A stretch of DNA of 32,000 nucleotides. Source: Promethearchaeota archaeon (GTDB lineage Archaea > Asgardarchaeota > Lokiarchaeia > Sigyniarchaeales > Promethearchaeaceae). The stretch's first letter is position 1. Each line of letters begins with the position of its first letter. Where the stretch lies: NCBI GenBank assembly GCA_016933055.1, contig JAFGBS010000009.1:630001-662000 (forward strand), read 5' to 3'. A model generated the notes under the pieces. That model ran no database searches. It saw only the letters and a list, made by a program, of their open reading frames with translations, and was not told the DNA's origin. The translations under genes were made by a program, and so were the position numbers. Positions 17,744-26,429 of the stretch are shown here, piece after piece.

Positions 17744-19012
17744 ATGGAAACTCAAACCAAACGTAAATTCAAAGCAGGAACGGTGTTTTTCCTTTCACTT
17801 GCAGTATTTGCTCAGGAAATATCATTTAATTTTTATGATTCACAAGTTCCTCCACTACTTGCCAAATATATTGGAAGTGCTAGTATTATCGGCTTTATCA
17901 TGGGAATTGATAATTTAATTGGATTATTCCTAGAACCAATAGTAGGAAATTTGTCAGATAACACTAAAACAAAGATTGGTAAACGAATACCGTATCTATT
18001 AATAGGTATTCCTTTGTCGGCAATAGCTTTTTCATTAATACCATTCGAAACATCCTTACTCTCATTAATGATCATCATCTTGACTTACATAACAACGATG
18101 CTTGCATTTAAAGCACCTGCGGAAAGTTTAGTACCAGATTTTATAGTTCCAGAACATCGAAGTAAAGCAAATGCGTTAATCAAATCCATGACGGCTTTTT
18201 CGATTATTATTGCTGCATTACTCAGTGAGTTTTTAGTGGATGATTTTTTACACATATCGTTCTTAATTCCTGCAATCATAATGATAATTTGCCTAATAAT
18301 TGTTCTTACAACTGTGAAAGAAAAAGATTCCCTAAGAGTTCAGATGGAATTAAAAGAAGAAGAAAGTGGTGAACAGAAAGAATCTCCTCAAGATAAAGTT
18401 AGCTTTTTAAAATCTTTTGGTGCAATTTTTCAGCGAGAAAACAGACATATCCTCTTTTTGCTAATTTCAGTATTTTTGATGGCAGTGAGTTGGTCTTCAG
18501 TGCGATCTCTTTTAACATTGTATGGTGTAAATGCTCTGGGTATGACTGAAGGAGATGCCGGGGGTATGAGTCTCTATGCAGGAATAGTTTTCATACTTCT
18601 TGTGTTTGTAATTGCATATTTCTCCGAAAAGGTTAACCGATTGCTCTTTTTCCGAATTGGATTTGTCATTTTTATAATCGGATTTGCGCTTGGTTTTGCT
18701 ATCCGGACAGAATTTGGAACCATATTATCTACATGTATTATTGCTGTCGGATACGGTTTCATTGGCGCTAATGCAATAGTGATCTTGTGGAATCATGAAC
18801 CAAATCAAAAAGCTACTGGAACCTACACTGGAATTTATTACATCTTCTTTTATGGAGCTTATACAGTTGGAGGATTTATTGTTGGAGGACTGGTTGATTT
18901 AACAGGATGGAATTACATGTTCATTGATGCAGGAATATTTGTCACTATTGGGTTCATATTTGCGATGCTGATAAAACCTCCAAAACAAGTTGAAAAGGCA
19001 ACAGATCAATAA
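17744..19012 (+). CDS. MFS transporter, GPH/SLC45-like sugar or organic-solute symporter
   Basis: About 12 TM segments; GIDNLIGLFLEPIVGNLSDNTKTKIGKRIPYLLIG. Confidence 0.9.
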   Translation: METQTKRKFKAGTVFFLSLAVFAQEISFNFYDSQVPPLLAKYIGSASIIGFIMGIDNLIGLFLEPIVGNLSDNTKTKIGKRIPYLLIGIPLSAIAFSLIPFETSLLSLMIIILTYITTMLAFKAPAESLVPDFIVPEHRSKANALIKSMTAFSIIIAALLSEFLVDDFLHISFLIPAIIMIICLIIVLTTVKEKDSLRVQMELKEEESGEQKESPQDKVSFLKSFGAIFQRENRHILFLLISVFLMAVSWSSVRSLLTLYGVNALGMTEGDAGGMSLYAGIVFILLVFVIAYFSEKVNRLLFFRIGFVIFIIGFALGFAIRTEFGTILSTCIIAVGYGFIGANAIVILWNHEPNQKATGTYTGIYYIFFYGAYTVGGFIVGGLVDLTGWNYMFIDAGIFVTIGFIFAMLIKPPKQVEKATDQ

Positions 19013-19237
19013 AAAAACACCTATCTATTTTTTGGTAGAAAAGGAATCGGATTGCTCCTTAACGAAAAAGCAATCATAAAAGTGATTATTTCTACAAGCT
19101 AAATTTATTTTAGGAATAAAAGTATATCCGGGGATAACAGCTAGATGACATCCTGGTATCGTTTAATGCATAACTGAAAGGGACCATTTTTCTACATTAA
19201 GCGGTGGGTTTATTAGTTGTAAAAAAATCTAGGAGAT

Positions 19238-20248
19238 ATGACCATCCTACCCATTAAAAGCCGTGAAGTTCATCTTATTAGTCGACCTATAGGGATACCA
19301 AGCAAGCAAAATTTTACCATTGCTAAGAATACAATCTCCGAACTTCAAGATGGAGAAGTACTCGTAAAAAACCTATATTTCTCTGTAGATCCTTATATGA
19401 GGGGAAGAATGGCAGATCGTAAAAGTTACGCAGCCCCATTTGAACTAAATCAACCTATGGACGGAGGTTGTGTTGGTGAAATCATAGTTTCCCGGAGTAA
19501 AAAATTTAAAATTGGGGAATTTGTTTACGGCTTTAGTGGTTGGAGGGAATATTTTGTATCAGATGGTCAAGAATTGATGAAGATTGATCCCACCTTAGTA
19601 CCTCTTCAATCATATCTCGGGGCATTAGGGTTGACTGGATTTACTGCATATATAGGACTTTTTGAAATAGGTAAAGTACTGGACGGGGATACCATCTATA
19701 TTTCTGCGGCAGCTGGTGCTGTGGGTTCCATGGTGTGCCAAATCGCGAAAATCAAACAATGTACGGTTATAGGGAGTGCAGGATCACAGAAAAAAGTTGA
19801 TTGGTTATTAAATAAAGTTGGAATTGATATTGCGTTTAATTATAAGGATGTGTCTAATTTACGAGCCGAACTTAAAAAGCACTGTCCTAACGGAATCGAT
19901 TTATATTTTGATAATGTAGGAGGTGAATTTTTAGATGCAGCCTTATTTAACATGAATAAATTTGGTAGGATTGTAATTTGCGGAATGATTTCCCAATACA
20001 ATAAAAGTAAACCTGATCCGATCTATAATTTAATTTTAACTATCCAGAAAAGATTATCAATCAAAGGTTTCCTTGTTGGAGACCATATGAGTAAACTTCC
20101 AGAATTTCTAACTCAGATGAGTAAATGGTATGTTAATAAACAAATAATTCAAGAGGAAACCATCACTGTGGGTATCGAAAATTCTGTAGATGCTTTTCTG
20201 GGATTATTTTCTGGAGAAAATCTTGGAAAAATGATGGTGAAATTATAA
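19238..20248 (+). CDS. NADP-dependent oxidoreductase, MDR family (prostaglandin/alkenal reductase, CurA-like)
   Basis: LYFSVDPYMRGRM, LGALGLTGFTAYIGL, SAAAGAVGS, GIDLYFDNVGG, GRIVICGMISQYN, GENLGK; AGGAG RBS. Confidence 0.95.
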   Translation: MTILPIKSREVHLISRPIGIPSKQNFTIAKNTISELQDGEVLVKNLYFSVDPYMRGRMADRKSYAAPFELNQPMDGGCVGEIIVSRSKKFKIGEFVYGFSGWREYFVSDGQELMKIDPTLVPLQSYLGALGLTGFTAYIGLFEIGKVLDGDTIYISAAAGAVGSMVCQIAKIKQCTVIGSAGSQKKVDWLLNKVGIDIAFNYKDVSNLRAELKKHCPNGIDLYFDNVGGEFLDAALFNMNKFGRIVICGMISQYNKSKPDPIYNLILTIQKRLSIKGFLVGDHMSKLPEFLTQMSKWYVNKQIIQEETITVGIENSVDAFLGLFSGENLGKMMVKL

Positions 20249-20869
20249 ATTCATAGGAGTTTCTCGAAGTGTACTTCCACACCATTCGCAGATCTCGGCA
20301 GTAGATGCGATATTACCCCCACAATGCGGACATTGAATAACTTCTATCTTTGTCGGTCCCATTGCTACTTGTTTTATATGATATGGCATTAAAATATCCC
20401 TTATCTGCCTAGAAATTCTTTCCTTTTCTCGCTCCTCAATATTATGAAACACACAAAGGATCATCAAAGAACATAATAACAAAAATCCCCCTAAAAATCC
20501 AAACAAGAAATAGAAAATATCTTGCCTTAGAATGACCATTAAAACCAAAAGAATTACAGCTATTGCGCCCATGACAATTGGTGCAATTGTGAACATATTC
20601 TTAGACACTTTGGCACTATCAAGGGCATTTCGTGTCCTTTTAATCTTCCTCTGATCCTTATTTTCAAGCGTATTGAAACATTTTGAACAGAGACCCGTTG
20701 ATGAATTTGACCCCATTACGTTACATATATTACATAATTGTTTACCGCAACCAAGGCATCGGGGGACATCTCCAACCACTGTTGCCTTAGCACCGCAATT
20801 ATCGCACACATATGCTACTGGTTCAGGATTTTTCTTTTTAGTTTTCATAAATCCATTAGCAATTCCCAT
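20243..20869 (-). CDS. Membrane protein with N-terminal 8-Cys FYVE-like Zn finger, 2 TM helices and C-terminal zinc ribbon
   Basis: CxxC-12-CxxC-4-CxxC-11-CxxC, two hydrophobic helices, C-terminal CPHC...CEWC. Confidence 0.8.
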   Translation of the reverse strand: MGIANGFMKTKKKNPEPVAYVCDNCGAKATVVGDVPRCLGCGKQLCNICNVMGSNSSTGLCSKCFNTLENKDQRKIKRTRNALDSAKVSKNMFTIAPIVMGAIAVILLVLMVILRQDIFYFLFGFLGGFLLLCSLMILCVFHNIEEREKERISRQIRDILMPYHIKQVAMGPTKIEVIQCPHCGGNIASTAEICEWCGSTLRETPMNL

Positions 20870-20909
20870 GAGTTATAGAAGAAATTTTCAGCCTAAATAA
20901 TTAATCTAA

Positions 20910-21359
20910 AAGACAATAATTGAAAAGAGTGGATTCAAAAATCAACAACAAACTAAAGGATATCCCATTGAATACTCATCATATGGAGTAGTTCATCTAG
21001 CATTTGATCCTGATTTTAAAAGATACAGGACATATTCTCACTACGTAGATGAGATCGCATCAGATTATATGGTTCCTTATTCTGCGATTGATTATGATAT
21101 ATATAGATACAAGCCAACAGAACGCGAAGTAAAAAGTGATCTTCAATATTATAATAAAGACAGCTATAGTGATGTTGGTTATGCACACGATATTTTAGCT
21201 TACGCTATGGTCACACACAACCCTGATCCCAGTGATCATGATTGGAAATTCTGGGATTATTCAGGATTTGTACAGGAAGTTGTATCAGAGCTTACATATT
21301 CTGAGATAGAAAACTATTGGTATAAAGACACTAGCGGATCACCGAGTAAGTGTACCTAA
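20910..21359 (+). pseudogene. Tyr/Asp/Ser-rich open frame, probable remnant of an extracellular protein gene
   Basis: The frame is open from just after the TAA at 20907-20909 to 21359. The first ATG is only at 21069, and the upstream 53 codons look protein-like but have no canonical start. Confidence 0.45.
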
Positions 21360-21533
21360 ATACCTTTAATCATCCTATTGCTTACTCACGGATATTCCTA
21401 TGTTTGTTCCCTTTTTCGCGTAGTGTAGGTATAGTATACGTTCTTATAATTAACGCATTTTAAGAAAAAATTAAAAGATATAGAGGTGCCGGGATAGATG
21501 TTAAATATCAAAAAAAATGATTATTGCTTTTTA

Positions 21534-22343
21534 TTAAACTGGGATATCACGTTTCATGAAGTAAATGATAGCACATACGCTCATAACGACCGACCATCCC
21601 ACCAAGATCAGTATATCTCTTACCACATTAGTCATGAGTTCGTCAATCAGTATTACTCTTGTATTGAAATACTGAAATATGCTAATATATTCGATATTAT
21701 CAATTGGAATGCTTCCACTAAATGCAGGTATAAACCAAAGCACCATGATCACCGCAAATCCAATAGCAGTAGCTGATCTTCTTCTAAAAACGGTCGAAAT
21801 CAATAACACTGTACTTTCTATAGCCCATAGTAATATAGTCAACCATAAATAACTCAGTAGAATCCCTCCAAAATTAACATTTGTGTTAAGAATTTTAGTG
21901 TTAAATCCTATTGCTGCTAAACTTAGTCCCAATGGGATTGTTACTGCCACAAATATCGTGATAATATGGTGTAGCTGCTTACTTAATACATATTCCCAGC
22001 GTTTTATAGGTTTGCTTAGTACTAAATCAATAGTCTTATTTTCCATCTCCCCTGGTATATCTTGTGCTACTTTGAGGATTAAATATAAACCGAACCACAT
22101 CCACGCAAACTCTAAAGTATACATGTTGAAATATCCCGAGAAAGTTCCTAAATCCACTTGCCCCCCCAGTAATCCCAATAATTCGGGAGGAAGTGATTCA
22201 ATGATTTCATTATAATGTTCAAAAATTGCAGGATCATACATAGCAACTAACACCAAGAATAGAAGCCCTATTACTCCTCCAAAAATCAACATGGACTTCC
22301 ATCCTTTTTTAATCTCAAACTTGAGAGCATCAAATAATTCCAT
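21534..22343 (-). CDS. ABC-2 type exporter permease
   Basis: About 6 TM segments; IPGEMENKTIDLVLSKPIKRWEYVLSK motif; ATG at 22343 immediately follows the ATPase stop. Confidence 0.92.
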   Translation of the reverse strand: MELFDALKFEIKKGWKSMLIFGGVIGLLFLVLVAMYDPAIFEHYNEIIESLPPELLGLLGGQVDLGTFSGYFNMYTLEFAWMWFGLYLILKVAQDIPGEMENKTIDLVLSKPIKRWEYVLSKQLHHIITIFVAVTIPLGLSLAAIGFNTKILNTNVNFGGILLSYLWLTILLWAIESTVLLISTVFRRRSATAIGFAVIMVLWFIPAFSGSIPIDNIEYISIFQYFNTRVILIDELMTNVVRDILILVGWSVVMSVCAIIYFMKRDIPV

Positions 22344-22344
22344 T

Positions 22345-23292
22345 TTATTTCTTCTTCTCCTTTTGGTCTTTTTCCGATTCATAATACTGAAAGAATATAT
22401 CCTCTAATGCTGGGCTCGTAATTTGCAAATCTTGTATTTGCGATTTTATCCGATTGAATTGTTCTATTAATAGTGGTAATTCTGTAGTTGGGCATAGAAA
22501 TATTAAACGTGAATTATCTATCTGCTGATTTTGAATAATATCAGTGGGTAGCAAATTCGTGATATTTTTAGCATCCTCATTGGATTTGGTAAAAATTTCT
22601 ACCCGTTTCAAAGCCATCTTTTTCAGACTTGCGATTGAGGATACTTCAACGAGAGTTCCCTTGCGAATAATTCCCACTCTATCCGCTACTTTTTCCACTT
22701 CTGGGAGCAAATGGGACGATAAAAATACTGTAGCATCGGCTTGTTTTTTTCTTTCTTTCAAGATTTTATAAAATTCATTCTGCATTAAGGGATCTAACCC
22801 TGAAGTAGGTTCATCTAAAATGTATAGATTGACCTCTGGAGCCAAAACGAGTATATTTCCTATTTTTTGTTTATTTCCCTTACTTAACTCTCTAACTTTC
22901 TTATCCATATCAAGGTGCATTCTAGATGCAAGTTCCTCAACGATAGCCCAATCCACTTCCACATCATATAACGATAATAAAAATTTCAGATTTTGCCGTG
23001 AAGTCATATTTGTATATAAACCTAATTCTCCGGGCAAATAAGCTATCTTTTTTCTGATTTCAACGGAATTTTTTCTATCCCCTGTATCTATTCCGAAAAT
23101 GGAGGATTTACCTGAAGTTTTATTCAGTAATCCAAGTAGAGTTCGTATAGTAGTAGTTTTTCCTGCACCATTAGGACCTAAAAATCCGAAAATCTCCCCC
23201 TCTTGTACTTCAAGATTTAAGTTTTCTATCCCACGGTGTTTTCCATAAAATTTCGTTAAATTTTTGGTTTTAATTATACTAATTTTTATCAC
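22345..23292 (-). CDS. ABC exporter ATP-binding subunit (DrrA/CcmA-like)
   Basis: Walker A GPNGAGKTT, signature LSKGNKQK, Walker B ILDEPTSGLDP, SSH switch. Confidence 0.97.
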   Translation of the reverse strand: MIKISIIKTKNLTKFYGKHRGIENLNLEVQEGEIFGFLGPNGAGKTTTIRTLLGLLNKTSGKSSIFGIDTGDRKNSVEIRKKIAYLPGELGLYTNMTSRQNLKFLLSLYDVEVDWAIVEELASRMHLDMDKKVRELSKGNKQKIGNILVLAPEVNLYILDEPTSGLDPLMQNEFYKILKERKKQADATVFLSSHLLPEVEKVADRVGIIRKGTLVEVSSIASLKKMALKRVEIFTKSNEDAKNITNLLPTDIIQNQQIDNSRLIFLCPTTELPLLIEQFNRIKSQIQDLQITSPALEDIFFQYYESEKDQKEKKK

Positions 23293-23301
23293 CTACTATC
23301 A

Positions 23302-23321
23302 TAAGTTTAATTTTCGTGAAA
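23302..23321. promoter_or_regulatory. Operator copy 1 (TAAGTTTAATTTTCGTGAAA)
   Basis: 19/20 identical to the reverse complement of 23375-23394; contains the palindromic core TTTC-gt-GAAA. Confidence 0.65.
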
Positions 23322-23374
23322 GTTAAAATTACTTATGATCCATTATTCCAATCGAATATTTAAGTGTTTGCAAA

Positions 23375-23394
23375 TTTCATGAAAATTAAACTTA
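23375..23394. promoter_or_regulatory. Operator copy 2 (inverted)
   Basis: TTTCATGAAAATTAAACTTA; the reverse complement differs from copy 1 at one base. Confidence 0.65.
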
Positions 23395-23425
23395 AATTTG
23401 ACTTTTTCCTTATAATATAACAAGA

Positions 23426-23947
23426 ATGAATGAAGAAGCACGGGATACTTTTGAAGAGATACAGAGGGAATTAGTGGAAATAATCGCTGAAATGGGATAT
23501 CAGAAAGGTCGAAGTAACAAATTCTCCATAATTGTAGCTTATGTATACATTTTGGGGGATGTTACGCAAAAGATTCTCCAAGATCGAACAAAATTTTCCT
23601 TATCTACAGTTTCAAACGCGTTAAATACGCTGGAAGAAAACGACACCGTGTATAAAAAATATAATCAAGATGATCATCAATATCATTATTTCCTAAATGG
23701 AACGCTTTCTGATATTTTAGGTAGAAATATGGGAGATTTTCAAACGTATTTTTCACAACTGTCCAAGAAAATTCAAGAAGTAGGAGAAATCCTAAAAGAT
23801 ACCAGGTTATATGATAAAAAGGGATATGATAATATCAAAGAATTTGTCGAAAAAATGGCAATACTCATTCCTGCATTTCAAAATTTGATGATTAAATATC
23901 AACTTTCAACACAACAACACAGAAAAGAGGAGGGTAGTCCTAAATGA
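23426..23947 (+). CDS. GbsR/MarR-like winged-helix regulator
   Basis: AYVYILGDVTQKILQDRTKFSLSTVSNALNTLEE wHTH followed by a C-terminal helical dimerisation region. Confidence 0.82.
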   Translation: MNEEARDTFEEIQRELVEIIAEMGYQKGRSNKFSIIVAYVYILGDVTQKILQDRTKFSLSTVSNALNTLEENDTVYKKYNQDDHQYHYFLNGTLSDILGRNMGDFQTYFSQLSKKIQEVGEILKDTRLYDKKGYDNIKEFVEKMAILIPAFQNLMIKYQLSTQQHRKEEGSPK

Positions 23948-24498
23948 ACGAAAAAAACCATATAAAACAAATATCTTTTGATCCCGAAATTTTGGAGATT
24001 GAAGAAGACCTTGTAAATTTCCTTGTGGACGGAATGATCAAATATAGTGGACGGGATCCTATTCTCTCTCGAACCATGACGTATTTTTTTACCAGAAAAA
24101 ACTTAACTCAAAAAGAATTACAAAAATTGACGAGTTACTCAGCAGGCACGATTTCAAAGACTACTAGGCAATTACTTGATCTGAACCTAATAGAAAAGAG
24201 TTTCATACCGGGAACACATAAACATCTTTATAGAATGGAAGAGTTACCATATGCTAAACCCTCGTATTTGATGAATGTAGAAAATCTATTAGGAGGAATT
24301 TCCGTTAAACTCGAAAACTTAAAAGGAAAATTAAAGGGAATAAAAACATATCAAGATGAACTTGATGGATTTGAAAAGGTAGAATTAATTTTGAACCAAC
24401 TCTTAACAATTATAAAAAGCGTTCCTCAATTTGTTGAGATTTTGAACACAGAACTGAAGGGGTATCTACAAAAATATCCGCAATTCACTTCGTTTTAA
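23944..24498 (+). CDS. GbsR/MarR-like winged-helix regulator (paralogue of the upstream gene)
   Basis: YFFTRKNLTQKELQKLTSYSAGTISKTTRQLLDLNLIEK; ATGA overlap with the upstream paralogue. Confidence 0.85.
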   Translation: MNEKNHIKQISFDPEILEIEEDLVNFLVDGMIKYSGRDPILSRTMTYFFTRKNLTQKELQKLTSYSAGTISKTTRQLLDLNLIEKSFIPGTHKHLYRMEELPYAKPSYLMNVENLLGGISVKLENLKGKLKGIKTYQDELDGFEKVELILNQLLTIIKSVPQFVEILNTELKGYLQKYPQFTSF

Positions 24499-24572
24499 AT
24501 GATATTTCATCTCCCTTATAATCCCTAATAACACCACCTAGCTCTTATAAATATCGAAGGATTATACTCATT

Positions 24573-25091
24573 ATGCAAAAAAGAGTAAGAGTTTCCTTAT
24601 TTGTAATTCTAATATTCTTAATTTTAGCGGTTTCCTCATTTGGCGGTACATTATGGTTTTCTTATAAAAATGTAAGATATCAAATAGGGGAATCTACGGT
24701 CTCTGGGTATATTACAAAAATTAACTTATTACCTCCTACTTATGAAGGTCATATTCTTGTTGACACCCCATTGGAGATCGATAATGATGGATTATATAAT
24801 ATCAATGATCTACAGATTGCAATACAAGTATATGGACAAAATTTTTCAACAAGTATCCTGAATGAAGAATTATTAGGAGAAGGGGTAAATCCGATTGGTA
24901 ACATCCAACATGGAACCTCTTGGTCTGGAGTATTACAGTTGAATATGACTGAATGGATTGCACTATTAGCAGTTTACAATGGCGAAATGAGAATTGAAGT
25001 TCAAATATCATTCCATTTGGATTTTTTTATTTATCAACAACAATTGAATTTCAATCAAACTCAGGTCGAACCCTGGAACTCACCTTTTTAA
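24573..25091 (+). CDS. Single-pass membrane protein with beta-sandwich, LEA_2/WHy-like
   Basis: N-terminal TM helix, then beta-rich LEIDNDGLYNINDLQIAIQVY...IEVQISFHL. Confidence 0.6.
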   Translation: MQKRVRVSLFVILIFLILAVSSFGGTLWFSYKNVRYQIGESTVSGYITKINLLPPTYEGHILVDTPLEIDNDGLYNINDLQIAIQVYGQNFSTSILNEELLGEGVNPIGNIQHGTSWSGVLQLNMTEWIALLAVYNGEMRIEVQISFHLDFFIYQQQLNFNQTQVEPWNSPF

Positions 25092-25153
25092 TAGAGATTA
25101 AAAAAATAATAAACACCAAAGAATATTAGAAAAAATTGAGATTGTTGAGAAAC

Positions 25154-26332
25154 ATGGTAAAAAATGTGGTTATTGTGGGTTCGGGTGCTATGGGGGGTGG
25201 AATTGCTCAAATATCTCTAATGGCTCAGTATAATATTACACTCGTTGACATTTGTGATGAATTTATCAGCCGTGGAATCAAGAATATAAAATTTGGATTA
25301 GAAAAACTGGAGTTGAAAAAAAAATTAAAAGATATAACCGCATCTCAATTGCTATCCTCAATTAAATCCTCAACTAGATTATCAGAAGCTGTAAAAAATG
25401 CGGATTTAATGTTAGAAGCGGTCACTGAAGATTTAGCGATTAAAAAAGAAGTCTTTAGAATAGCTGGGGAAAATGCTCCATCTCACTGTATTTTTGCATC
25501 TAATACTTCCTCCATGAGTATACATGAATTAGGAATGGCTTCACAACGTTCTGAAAAAGTATGCGGAATCCACTTTTTTAATCCTGCACCACTTATGAGG
25601 TTGGTTGAGGTAATAAAAGCAGAAAATACCTCTATAGATACATGCCAAATTGCCATAAACTGGGCTAAATCCCTTCCTTGTTTGAGAGGTAAACGATATG
25701 TACCTCTTGTTCTAAAAGATAGTCCTGGCTTTATTGCAAATCGAATTCAGGCTCCAGTGTCTATTGCAATATCGTGGGCGTTAGATTATGCAGTCGATCA
25801 TAACATTCCGATAGAGCATGTGGATAATGATTTATTTGTTCCCGTAGTCCCAATGTCTCCATTAGTGCTTCTTGATTTTGTTGGGTTAGATATATCATAT
25901 TCTACCTCAAAATATTTTGAATCTAAACTCCATCCAGATTTCAAACCGGGCAAACTTATTTCAGAAAAGATTGAAAAAGGGGAATTGGGTATGAAAACGG
26001 GGAAGGGTTTGTATCAGTGGAAAGGTAAGATTCCACCCGAGATAGATAGAAGCAAAAAAGCAGATTTACTTAATTTGGATCTGGTCTTAGCTATTCAAGC
26101 CAATGAGGGATGTCGTTTACTGGAGGAAGGTGTTGTGAAGGACTGGTCAACAATTGATAAAACTATGAGGGCTGGGTTTAACTCACTCGGTCCGATGACA
26201 ATTTTGGCAGATGGGAATACAGATAAATGGATGGATTTACTAGAACAATTTTCGGATAAATCTGGCAAGGAATATCTTCGTCCTTGTGAGATGATGAAAT
26301 CGGGTAAGTACATGGGTCTGCAATTTTCCTAA
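25154..26332 (+). CDS. 3-hydroxyacyl-CoA dehydrogenase with duplicated C-terminal domain
   Basis: VVIVGSGAMGGGIA, EAVTEDLAIK, ASNTSS, GIHFFNPAPLM, KDSPGFIANRI, LDFVGLD, GMKTGKGLY, second C-domain NEGCRLLEEGV. Confidence 0.93.
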   Translation: MVKNVVIVGSGAMGGGIAQISLMAQYNITLVDICDEFISRGIKNIKFGLEKLELKKKLKDITASQLLSSIKSSTRLSEAVKNADLMLEAVTEDLAIKKEVFRIAGENAPSHCIFASNTSSMSIHELGMASQRSEKVCGIHFFNPAPLMRLVEVIKAENTSIDTCQIAINWAKSLPCLRGKRYVPLVLKDSPGFIANRIQAPVSIAISWALDYAVDHNIPIEHVDNDLFVPVVPMSPLVLLDFVGLDISYSTSKYFESKLHPDFKPGKLISEKIEKGELGMKTGKGLYQWKGKIPPEIDRSKKADLLNLDLVLAIQANEGCRLLEEGVVKDWSTIDKTMRAGFNSLGPMTILADGNTDKWMDLLEQFSDKSGKEYLRPCEMMKSGKYMGLQFS

Positions 26333-26429
26333 TACTTTTTATCAAAATTAGGCATGGATACTCTTAGAACAAGAATATCTGCATATTCTAAGCATATTAA
26401 TAGTTTCATAAACCAATTAAGTTACCAAC

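Noticed and set aside
19050-19075. GATTGCT...AGCAATC hairpin after the MFS gene
   Set aside because: 7-bp stem with an imperfect interior and no following U-tract; not enough to call a terminator or ncRNA.
20243-20248. Convergent genes overlapping at their stop codons (TTATAA)
   Set aside because: Common packing in compact prokaryotic genomes.
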